Below, in pieces: positions 53,393 through 64,000 of a stretch of 64,000 nucleotides of DNA. The notes under the pieces were generated by a model. That model searched no databases. It worked only from the letters and a program-made list of their open reading frames with translations, and had not been told where the DNA came from. Made by a program: the position numbers and the translations under genes. The stretch's first letter is position 1, and every line of letters begins with the position of its first letter. The stretch is taken from NCBI GenBank assembly GCA_964016885.1, contig OZ024740.1, positions 297,848,001 through 297,912,000 on the forward strand, given 5' to 3'. Source of the stretch: Eledone cirrhosa. Taxonomy: Eukaryota.

Positions 53393-53635
53393 TTGGAGGT
53401 GGAGGATATTCGTTTGGACGTCACATATTTCCTCTTCTTTCCAGAAGTTATATATGGAAAGGAGTTTCTTACATACACAAACTGTACCACAGACGCACAC
53501 GTATACACCTCACATATACCTGATTTCATGTGTGGACTGTTCCATTAGTTCAACAAGGGAACACCTATCGTAGAAACCGCCATTACATAATATTTTACAA
53601 TCATTTGAAAATAATCAAGAATTTGAAACGATTTA

Positions 53636-53820
53636 ATAATTGTCTCTACTTTTAGCACAAGGCCAGCAATTACCCAGTTCATTACTGCTACTTTATTTTA
53701 TCGACCCCATAAGGATGAAAAGCAAATTTAACCTCGACGGGATTTGTACTCAGAGCATAAAGGGCCATGAATCTATGCTGCAAAGCATATTGTCCGATGC
53801 TCTACTTATACTGCCAATTA
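53636..53820 (-). mobile_element. tRNA-derived SINE
   Basis: rc of family consensus. Confidence 0.85.
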
Positions 53821-54207
53821 ATATTATAACTTTGTCATTATTAAGCTGGTGTCTGGAATATAACTTAATAAAGGTTCTTGTGGAAGGTTTTCATATAAAT
53901 ATAAACAATCTAAAAATAAACAACTTTGAATCCTCTGGAATCAGAAGCGGTTTAACGTGTTCTGGCAATCACATCTGGCTTAGTAGATAGGGTCTCTACC
54001 CATCTTTCTAAATGAAAGTGTTGATGATTTTTATATCAAAATAATTATGCAGGGATTACTTAAAATGTCGTCTCTTCCTATCTTCTTTTCATCATTTAAC
54101 TCTCGGCGATGCTACAACTAGCTGTTTGTACTTACTACTAATTTAAGTAACTGTAGTTCTTTAAAGTTGATTATGATTATGACGAGGAAGAGAGAGAAAT
54201 GATGATA

Positions 54208-54395
54208 ATAATTGTTTCTACTTTTAGCACAAGGCCAGCAATTACCCCCAGTGCATTACTGGTGTTTTATTTTATCGACCCCTTAAGGATGAAAGGCAAA
54301 GCTAACCTCGGCGGGATTTGAACTCAGAACGTAAAGGGACATAACTCTATGTTGCAAAGCATGGTGTCTAACGTTCCACCGATACTGCCAATCCA
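54208..54395 (-). mobile_element. tRNA-derived SINE
   Basis: rc of family consensus. Confidence 0.88.
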
Positions 54396-54403
54396 TGATA
54401 ATA

Positions 54404-54440
<37 letters not shown>

Positions 54441-54552
54441 CGGTGGTGATGATGACGATAATGTTGATGATGATGACGACGATGATGATGATGACGATGA
54501 TGTTAATGATGATGACGACGATGATGATGACGATAATGTTGATGATGATGAC

Positions 54553-54584
<32 letters not shown>

Positions 54585-54720
54585 CCATCTTGACGACAAA
54601 CATTACGGTGGAGCTGGAGATATCGGCGAGTGACATCAACAATGAAAACAGTGATTACATTGATATCCAGTGTGATGGTGATGATGATGATGGTGTTGAC
54701 AATGACAATGATGATGATAA
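54396..54720. repeat. (GAT)n degenerate microsatellite
   Basis: Direct inspection. Confidence 0.92.
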
Positions 54721-54744
54721 TTCTATACCAAGTCGTGTCAAATA

Positions 54745-54850
54745 TACTGAGGTGGGGTGGCTGTTGCAGCATGTCTCGCTGGCCATTGTCCGCGGAAATG
54801 CCTTTGCAGTTTTGTACGCGGGACGCAACCGAAACACCGCTCTAACTAGG
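54745..54850 (+). mobile_element. CRE 3' fragment
   Basis: EVGWLLQHVSLAIVRGNAFAVLYAG. Confidence 0.7.
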
Positions 54851-55069
54851 TGTAGAGTCTGTCACCTTCTCCCCTTCCCCCTTTCTTTCTTCCTTTGTCT
54901 AGTCGTCATTGTTCTTCCCTCCTTTTACTCTCATTTATGGCATTTATAGTCCTTTCAAATACTGCTTTCACTTTCTGTGTGTTTAACCAAATAAAAAAAT
55001 TATGAATTTCCATTAAAGTAAAAGAAAAAAAAGCTTTAAAATGATGAATGAATTGACGCTAAACTCCGC

Positions 55070-55590
55070 CAGTTGCAGACTGTGCATCAGCATGTCATAT
55101 TTCTCTCCACAAAGTTCGATCACCAGTAGCAGAGTTCAAAGAGCAAAGATCAAGTCCAGTCCATAAGTTGACATTGTCAAGCCATCGTTTTGGCTGTCGG
55201 CCTCTGCTTCTCTTACCAGCCAACCTTCCTTCCAGGCATAACCTACTCACCCCACGAGTTGATCTTTTTATATGACCGTATAGTTTGAGTACTCTTGACT
55301 TGACAATTGATGTAATTGGTCTAAGTTTGGTAATGTTGAACAGCTCACTGATACAGATAGGTTCGCTGAGCCGCTTTCCAGTCATGAGTTTCATGATGTA
55401 GTTCTTGAATGTAGAGAACTTCTGAAGTGACCTTGCCGTCCAATTAACACAGTCAAGACCATATAAGACAACTGGTAGAATGTATCAAAGTTCTTAGCCT
55501 TCAAATGATAGGAAACTCGTCTTGATGTTAGTACTTTCTTGTTCTTGTTGAAAGCTGCCCAAATTAGAGCGATTCGATATTTTTATTAAA
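55070..55590 (-). mobile_element. RTE-clade LINE 3' fragment
   Basis: KSRVLKLYGHIKRS..LEGRLAGKRSRGRQPKRWLDNV. Confidence 0.85.
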
Positions 55591-55694
55591 TGATACATCA
55601 TTTTATATATTGACTGACATAAGTTTCGTTACCCGGCAACCTGAAGATCGCAAGCTGCTGAAATAATGACTGCTTTGCGTTAGATTTATTGAAT

Positions 55695-55845
55695 CTATAA
55701 CGGTGGAAACTTCTGACAGCCTGGATCCCTGAACCACTCACTGCTATAGAGAATAAGCCCTGCATGTTGGAATGACTCTTTCGGCGCATCCTCCTTGCTA
55801 TCCTTCGGGTTAAAGCCTTTTCCCGCCTGTCCGCTGGAACCATGA
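55695..55845 (+). mobile_element. CRE 3' fragment (degenerate)
   Basis: ataacggtggaaacttctg..ggaatgactctttcggcgcatcctccttgctatccttcggg. Confidence 0.55.
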
Positions 55846-57020
55846 GGCAACATCCACTAGAGGTTCTGCATGCCAGAGAGGCAGAACTAATGAATGAAGG
55901 AACGTGACAGGCCCGTGGCGTTGCCGTTTGTCACAACATATATACATGCATGCATACATACATACATACACACATACACATATATACATACACACACATA
56001 CATATATACATACACACATACGCACATACATACATGGTGGCTGCCAACTCGTTTTCGAGTACGGCCACTACTTTATATCCATGTAGGAGAACCCCTACTG
56101 ATGCGCTGAACGAGTGTGACTTTTTAGTCCAGCCAGCGACTTGAAAGCTCTGGTACAAACACTACACTTGTGACAATTATTGACACATAGTGCTGGGCCC
56201 ATGGTACCATGTGACGACAAATGCAGAGAGATCTCCAGATATAAAGCAATGCCTGTGCCGTGAAGCTTTTATAGTGAGCAAAGGCACTGCACAAAGCCAG
56301 TCCCACTCTCTTAACCAAGATGATATTTACCAAAAAGAAGAACAAGTCAACATCATTGGATACCATCAGGGTTGCAGGTGTTATATCAGAGTTTTCCTTC
56401 TCCTAGAATTCTGCCTTGACAAAGGCTAAGGGGTCATCTCTCCCGGTGATTTTGGATGGCCATTGACTCTTAAGAGCTCCTTTGCCTTTTGACAGGTTTT
56501 GTTTTTAGTCCTGCAGGATGTCCAAAGTCACCCTCCTCACCAAGAAACCTTGGTGGGGTTGCCAGTTTAGTCGCCAACGACCCGACCATGGGACAGGTTG
56601 TACTGGAATACATGTTACCAGTAGCACCAACTGGTGACCTGACATACATACATACATACATGCATACACACATACATACACATATATATACATACACACA
56701 CACATACATAGATACATACACACCATCACACATACATACATACACACATACATACACATACATACATGCATACATACATACATGAAGATGGCTGCCCCCT
56801 CGTTATCGAGTATGGCCATTGCACGAGGAAAAAAAATATTAATAAATAAATAAAAAATAAAATAAAATAAAAAAAGAAATATATATATATATATATATAC
56901 ACACACATACACACACACACACATATACACACACACATATGCATTAATAACAATAATAATAATAATAATAATAACAACAATAATAATGACCACAACAACA
57001 ACAATGATAATATACATATA

Positions 57021-57061
<41 letters not shown>

Positions 57062-57063
<2 letters not shown>

Positions 57064-58755
57064 TAGCAACTAACAGCGCTGCGATCGAATGTGGTTTTTT
57101 AGCCCAGCCAATGATCTAAAATGTCTTGCACAGAGTCGGCAACCAAAGCATTCACTGGGAATAGCCGGCTGTGGTTGGAGTTCATGTACTTTTGCATGTC
57201 GCTTGAGCCCTCCTGCTGATTTACATTCTCTACCACATGTAGGCAAGCATGATGAGTAGCATCTCTAACAGCAGCCTGGTAGTCAACCACTGGTCTTACT
57301 TTATGACTGCAAAGATGACTTTCGAGTCCAGCTTTGCTTAGGCTGAGTCTCGCACAGACGCTGCATGTCAGCACCATAGGAGGACCCTCGCCGTCTGGAA
57401 GTGCAACAGCAATGCCCTTCCTCACATCCCGCTTTACTTTCTCTTTTGCGATTCGAGATGCCTCAAAGGCAACTTTTTCCTCATATACAGTCTTTCTCCA
57501 TTTATTACGATCAGCAGCAATATTTTCCCATGTATCAGCAGAGATGTTAGCGTCTTTCAAAGAGGCTTTCAAGGAATCCTTATACCTCTTTTTTGGTTTA
57601 TGTGGAGGTCGTTTTCCTTTAACCAACTCTCCATTCTAGAATCCTTCATCCTGGCAAGGTGACCACTCCAACGGAGTCGTTGCTTAAGCACAAGAGCTTC
57701 TATACTGTCACACATAGAGCTTTCCAAAATCTCGACATCACTGATGTGGTGCCTCCAGTGAACGCCATGGATCCGTCTGAGACACATCTGATGGAAACAC
57801 TCCAATTGCTTAAGGTGGTGTCGATATGTGACCCAGGTCTCGCAGGCATAAAGAAGACAAGAGAGCACACATGCCTTGTACACCTTTACCTTTGTCCTCC
57901 TGCATATGTCTCGCCGACCCAGAGCTTTCCGAAAGCATCACTTGCTTTCCTAATCCTAAGTGAGATTTCACTGTCAATGTTGCTGTATCGATTGACAGTG
58001 CTTCCCAGGTAGACAAACTGATCAACCACTCCAAGTCGTTTACCATACACATAGATATTTGGTTCAGTGTACTGCTTACCAGCGGCAGGTTGGTACATGA
58101 CGACGGTTTTCTTGAGACTGACAGTCAATCCTAGGGCAGTGCAAGCGTCAGAAATTGCATTCAAAATGTGCTGCATATCACTCTCTGTGTGCGCTACAAG
58201 ATCGCAATCATCTGCATACAAGAGGTCTCTTATGATTGATGTAAATACTTTTGCCTTTGCAGCAAAGCGCCTGATGTTAAATATGCTGCCTGAGCTTCGA
58301 TATCGGATGTAAACACCATGCTCGCAATTCCTGAATGCAATACAGAAAACCATTGCAAAGTATATGGCAAACAGGGTCGGTGCTGGAATATCCCCCTGTT
58401 ACACTCCATTTTTTACTGAGATAGGCTCCGACATGTTACCTCCGACATTAACCCAAGCCTTCATGTCGTCATGGAAAGATCTAACTAAAGCAAGGAACTT
58501 ATCAGGGCAACCAAGTTTCTGGAGAACCTTCCATAATGCATCTCTGTTAACAGTATCGAAAGCTTTTGTCAGATCGACAAAAACCTGATACAGATCCAAA
58601 CCGTGTTCCATGCACTTCTCCTGGAGCTGTCTAGCTGAGAAGATCATATCAGTAGTGCCGCGTCCAGCACGAAAACCAGATTGACTTTCAGGAAGAACAC
58701 AATCTGCAATGTGTGTCAGCAGACGGTCCAGAAGCACCCTACATAAAACTTTCCA
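57062..58755 (-). mobile_element. RTE/RTE-X-like LINE, 5'-truncated, RT plus C-terminal C2H2 fingers, frameshifted
   Basis: PESQSGFRAGRGTTDMIF, FVDLTKAFDTV, LLYADD, YLGS, LLYACETW, RLRWSGH; CSVCAR..GLESH..H. Confidence 0.95.
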
Positions 58756-58884
58756 TACATACATACATACATACATACATACATACATACATACATACAT
58801 ACATACATACACACATACACACATACACACATACACACATACATACATACATACATACATACATACATACATACATACATACAT

Positions 58885-60685
58885 AATCTATAAAGCTCAG
58901 TGTATGGTCACGTTTCTTTGTTATAGAAATCTACGATATAGAATTTCTTCAATTGAAAATTACAATTCAGTATTCGAAATAGCTTCGATTGGGTCTTGGC
59001 ACATATAATTGTTTCAATTTCACCCACAATTATGCAAAAAATCGATAAAACTCAATATTTTACGATTTTACCTCTCTCATTTCAACTGGGACTCCTTTCC
59101 ATTACCATTCAAAATCTATACAACTTCATACTTTCTGCTACTTTCTCTTTCCAAGCTGAAACAACACGTAAAATGAAACTAAAATATTCTTTTCATTTTA
59201 CATTGTTCATGTTGATGGTGATACTGTTCGTTTTACTCTCTCATATCATCTGCTTTTTCCTCTATCTACAACCCACACATTTTGTTACTTTCTCTTTCAT
59301 ACTAAATTTGGTTTATTCACCGTTAGCAGCTACGCGCATCTTTTAAAAATGTGAGTTACAATGTTTTTCAATCGTTCTAACTTTTAGTTGCTTCAAAATT
59401 AATGATTTATTTACAAACACATACAAACACACACTCACATAAATTGATAAAAAAAAATTAAAGCAATTAAACAGCGTGCGGGATTTATAACCACAAATAC
59501 ACACTTCATTAACAAATAAACTAATAATTTGCGACAATTCTTTTCTTTAAATCGTAAAATTAAATGACATAATTATTTTCATTTTCGGCTGTTAATTTTC
59601 ATGGGGATACTAAACGACTCCTGACCCAGAGGACGTCATCAACTATCCAATAGAGGTACTCAATTCCTTTGAGCCCCCGGACTACCACCACACATTCTCA
59701 AACTTAAAGTTGGTGCCCCTATAATGCTCATTAGAAATTTGGTTCCCCCGAAACAATGCAATGGCACACGTTTGATCGTTAAGTCCTTATCTCCCAATCT
59801 GATTGAGGCCACGATTATCACAGGGTGCGGTCGAGGCAACGTTGTTTCAACTCATACACTCTACAGAGTAAACAACAAAAATATTAGCCACATTAACGTA
59901 CAATTTCGTTTATTCTAAATGTGAGTCTTCAAACTGATTTATTTATTTGCAAACACATACAAACACACACTCACCTCAAATGAATAATTAAACTTTAAAT
60001 CAATTTAACCACGTGCCGGATTTCTAACCACACATACACACTTCATTAACAAATAAAAATTCTAATTTGCGACAATTATTTTCTTTCAATCGTAAAATCA
60101 AACGACATAATTATTTTCATTTTCGGTTGTTAATCTTCATGGGATAATACTACCATTCCATTTCACATCATGTGAGTTAACAAATAATTGTTTAAAACAC
60201 TATTCGCAGACTTCCTTAAGCAACAAGATCAATTGCGTAGCCGGTATTCATTATGTAGCCGGTAAAGCTATGTAGCAGGTAAAAGGCTATGTAGTCAGTA
60301 CGATGTTATATAGCATAAAAAGTTTATATAACCGGTAAATGTTATGTCGCCGTTAGCATGTGTGTGTGTGTGTGCGTGTTTCAATGTAGTTTTCGTTAAC
60401 AATGACGAGAGTACAATCGCGCCAGAAACAATTCAATTTATCATTCTTAACTGCTAGGGACGTTCACAGGTTCATTAAGTACTTTCAGTAAGGAATAAAA
60501 AAATTACGGATTGAACCAAAAACCACGACATAAACAGGCACCAACAAACGTTTTCTTTGTCCTGTCAAAAAGTGATTGATCCTATCCCTTTCACCTACGA
60601 CCTCAGTTAGGTCAGGCGAAAGTCAAATAGACAGGGGATCACCTATGTAGGTACAAACCCCGCTGCGGTATGTCTATTTTTCTAG

Positions 60686-60690
<5 letters not shown>
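58885..60690 (+). mobile_element. Internally deleted Helitron carrying a PIF1-helicase fragment (59615-59850)
   Basis: [42 protein letters not shown]; ~220-bp internal direct repeats (59391-59610, 59927-60147); ends near ctag 60682-85. Confidence 0.8.
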
Positions 60691-60755
<65 letters not shown>

Positions 60756-60763
60756 TTAATTTG

Positions 60764-60836
<73 letters not shown>

Positions 60837-60866
60837 AGATCAAAAGATGGTTAAATGAGTTCCATG

Positions 60867-60937
60867 TATTTTATTATGCGCATTTCAAAAACAAATATCA
60901 TCATGCAATAACATTTGTGTTTTCATCAGATAAAATA
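60867..60937 (-). ncRNA. Type I HHR (left arm)
   Basis: Reverse complement of the 61062 copy. Confidence 0.85.
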
Positions 60938-61061
60938 GGAGGACGTGATATGAAGGTTAAAAACACTTGTGGATAGTGCAGTTTTAAATCAACATATGTT
61001 GATATATTGATTTAAAACTGCACTATCCACAAGTGTTTTTAACCTTCATATCATGTCCTCC

Positions 61062-61132
61062 TATTTTATCTGATGAAAATACAAATGTTATTGCATGATG
61101 ATATTTGTTTTTGAAATGCGCATAATAAAATA
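61062..61132 (+). ncRNA. Type I HHR (right arm)
   Basis: tattttat-CUGAUGA(61070-76)-long stem II-GAAA(61113-16)-tgcgca-UA-ataaaata. Confidence 0.88.
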
Positions 61133-61258
61133 CATGGAACTCATTTAACCATCTTTTGATCTTATATATTATGTATACTCCAGTCCTACAAACTGTAGAG
61201 TGCTTCTTATCCGATATCTGCATTGCTTTATTGTACTACAATTAAACTCACCTCCTAC

Positions 61259-61372
<114 letters not shown>

Positions 61373-61468
61373 GTGTATAAAAATATAACATAAATTCATT
61401 TAACACAACTGAAACTGGACTTTAGTCTTCAAATTTATTTGGATTTTAGTCTTCAAATTTATTATTAT

Positions 61469-61534
<66 letters not shown>

Positions 61535-61538
<4 letters not shown>

Positions 61539-61677
61539 GTATACAGATATTTTTGCATACACAGTAACAACATATAAACAAACGCATTTATTTGACGAGG
61601 CTCGATAAGGATAAATATATATCAAATATATAAGAACCCTAGAGCAAATCCCGAGCAACGCCGGGCCATTCTGCTAG
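61535..61677 (+). mobile_element. Helitron 3' end, same family as 43586
   Basis: cccgagcaacgccgggccattctgCTAG|T. Confidence 0.8.
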
Positions 61678-61711
61678 TACAATATAATATGATATACAAT
61701 ACAATACAATA

Positions 61712-61970
61712 TATCAAAGATTAGCGAAAAGGAGAATATCTATGCAGAACTAATGAGAAATCAGCAGATTCTCCACCCTGACTATATCTTCAAATTTATG
61801 CCTGTGATTATTGGGACACTGGGATATGTTAGTAACTGCCTCAATACAAATCTTGAGAAGCTGGGCTTCACAGAACCAGAAAGAACACAACTAGTTAGGA
61901 AATTACAAGTACAGTCCAGTAATGGAACAGTAAAAATATGTAAAACATTCCAAAAATTCTGCATCTAATA
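61712..61970 (+). mobile_element. R4/Dong-like RLE non-LTR 3' fragment
   Basis: KISEKENIYAELMRN..FMPVIIGTLGYV..LEKLG..KLQ..GTVKICKTF. Confidence 0.7.
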
Positions 61971-62560
61971 ACTGCATATACACTTGTACAGATACAAAAC
62001 ATATGCACATGCACACATACAACTCAAAACATACACATCCACACATACAATAACATCCATACATATACACACATGCATGCATGCAGACATATCTACCTAT
62101 TTGATGTTGTGTAAATTCCAACGAGAGTCTTGTATCTATATTAGAAACCGACTCTCTCTCTATTGGCAAAAAATTGTGAAATTATAAAACCAGAATACAC
62201 ATACATACAGTATTTGTTTACTTATTATATATTTAATGACCCAGGTGGAGGTGTGAACTATTTTAATAACCTTATGTCAGTATTTAATGTATGTGAACCT
62301 CATAAGAAATTACACTGATTCATTATACTACCATCTGGTTCGTGTATCCTGCATGAAAAGACTAACATTATTTTATTGCTGCTAATAATTTTATAATGTG
62401 AAAATAATTGAAATATTTACCTATGTCTGATATGTGTATGTATAGTATATTTGGTAATATACTGTATGTTTAATTAGAAACATTTTGAAGATCTTGAGTT
62501 ATTATTTTAAAGTAGTGACTATGTCACTTACTTCTTTTTTCAGCAAAGGAAGGGAGAGAA

Positions 62561-62600
62561 GCTGACAGATCTGTTTCACACTGTTGGTGTTCCTCAGAGC
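62561..62600 (-). ncRNA. Minimal type I HHR, copy 1
   Basis: Minus: gct-CUGAGGA-acac caaca gtgt-GAAA-cagatctg-UC-agc. Confidence 0.92.
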
Positions 62601-62878
62601 AACGTACTCGCTGACCTCTGTCGAAAATTATAGAGGCTGGATTCTTATAGAATTCCAGTAATAATCAGGAACTGATTATACAGAGCGATTGCCGGTCCAG
62701 CAAAAATAAAAAAATTAGGATTGGTGCTCTGAAATAGCGATGTATACATGAATGTATGCATAGTATATTTGGTAATATACTGTATGTTTAATTAAAAACA
62801 TTTTGAAGACCTTGCTCTATTATTTTAAAGTAGTGACTATGTCACTTACTTCTTTTTTCAGCAAAGGAAGGGGGAGAA

Positions 62879-62918
62879 GCTGACAGATCTGTTTCACACT
62901 GTTGGTGTTCCTCAGAGC
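62879..62918 (-). ncRNA. Minimal type I HHR, copy 2
   Basis: Identical to copy 1. Confidence 0.92.
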
Positions 62919-63011
62919 AACGTACTCGCCGACCTCTGCCGAAAATTATAGCGGCTGGATTCTTATAGCATTCCAGTACAGAATTCCAGTAATATCTGTC
63001 TCTGTATGTAT

Positions 63012-63430
63012 GTACATGAGCGGAAAGTTGCTTTTGAAGCATCTCGAATCGCATATGAGAAAGTAAAAATGGATGTGAGGAAAGGCATTACTGTTGCATT
63101 TCCTGACAGCGAAGGTCCTTCTATGGCGCTGTCATGCAGCAACTGTGCGAGACTCTGCCACAGCAAAGCTGGACTCGAAAGTCATCTTCGCAGTCATAAA
63201 GTGAGACCAATGGTTGACTACCAAGCTGCTGTCGAAGATGCTGCTCATCATACCTGTCAAGCAAGTGGAAGAGATTGTAGATCAGCAGGAGGGCTCAAAC
63301 GACATGCGAAAGTACATGAACTTCAACCACAGTCGGCTATTGCCAGTGAATGTTTTGGTTGCCAACTCTGTGCGAGACATTTTAGATCATTGGCTGGGCT
63401 AAAAAGCATTCGATCGCAGCACCGTTAATT
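63012..63430 (+). mobile_element. 3' fragment of the same zinc-finger LINE family as 57062-58755
   Basis: [37 protein letters not shown]; homologous in inverse orientation to 57062-57480. Confidence 0.9.
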
Positions 63431-63593
63431 GTTTATATATAAGGGTATATGTATGTGTGTATGGGCATGTAAGTGTGTGTGTGTGTATGTATATGTATGT
63501 GTGTGTGTATGTATATATATGTGCGTGTATGCATATATGTATGTATATATATATGTATATATATGAATATATCTGTATATATATGTATATATG

Positions 63594-63648
<55 letters not shown>

Positions 63649-63739
63649 GGTTTGCTTTTATCCTTCTATGTTGTTTACTTGTCCCCCTCGCTTTACGCGA
63701 ATTACTGGTCCCAATAACTTTTTTTAGTTATTGCTCGCA

Positions 63740-63790
63740 CCAACCTGAGGTATCTGATTTTTAATGCGATGAAATACCAATGATGGTTGG
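63740..63790 (+). ncRNA. Decayed HHR-like motif
   Basis: ccaac-CUGAGGU-atc..gat-GAAA-taccaatga-UG-gttgg; A9 and position 17 altered. Confidence 0.4.
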
Positions 63791-63863
63791 AAAATCACTG
63801 ACGAAGGACTATTTTTATCATATGTAACCCATGTGCAACCACGCAGTATTCTTCTTTCTTCTC

Positions 63864-63942
<79 letters not shown>

Positions 63943-64000
63943 CGGATAAAATTCCCGAGATCCATGGACGAGTTCTCTCCAGCGATCTCTGTCCCTCATT

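Larger units (their letters stand above)
60832..61167. repeat. ~160-bp-arm palindrome with two opposed HHRs
   Basis: ataagatcaaaagatgg.. / ..ccatcttttgatcttat; two mismatches seen. Confidence 0.95.
62435..62978 (-). repeat. 318-nt-period tandem repeat (~1.7 units), each unit with an HHR
   Basis: ~62435-62660 duplicated at ~62752-62978. Confidence 0.93.

Noticed and set aside
54283-54949. Poly-D/M/S/I ORFs (also poly-L/R/E/S at 42.3-42.8 kb and poly-I at 9.6-9.8 kb)
   Set aside because: Trinucleotide microsatellites with no splice context
56400-56640. HDV-like ribozyme in a putative RTE 5' UTR
   Set aside because: The region resembles a LINE 5' end but a nested double pseudoknot could not be assigned by eye
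59615-59850. Host PIF1 helicase exon
   Set aside because: Frameshifted, embedded between internal repeats of a Helitron-like element, and matches the Helitron helicase motif

Overview
Very AT-rich, repeat-dense eukaryotic DNA, most consistent with a coleoid cephalopod (Octopus-like; inferred from the tRNA-derived SINE family, RTE/Penelope/CRE/Helitron/mariner content and huge (TA)n tracts, not proven). One host gene can be rebuilt by hand on the + strand from five phase-compatible coding exons (6008-6152, 9495-9622, 13388-13529, 16319-16461, 18996-19459). It encodes a type I membrane protein with a duplicated Cys-rich ectodomain, one TM helix and a Pro-rich tail with PPxY motifs. Most long ORFs in the track are microsatellite artefacts. 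The most striking hidden signal is about 20 type I hammerhead-ribozyme (HHR) motifs, about 10 with essentially intact cores, mostly in Penelope-type terminal repeats beside (TA)n tracts. They include an intact U3-A8 core variant on the sense strand 110 nt upstream of a splice acceptor, a 318-nt tandem repeat with two identical HHRs (retrozyme/circRNA-like), and several long fold-back palindromes built from these termini. All folds were paired by eye and are unverified computationally; repeat boundaries are approximate unless a TSD or TIR is quoted.
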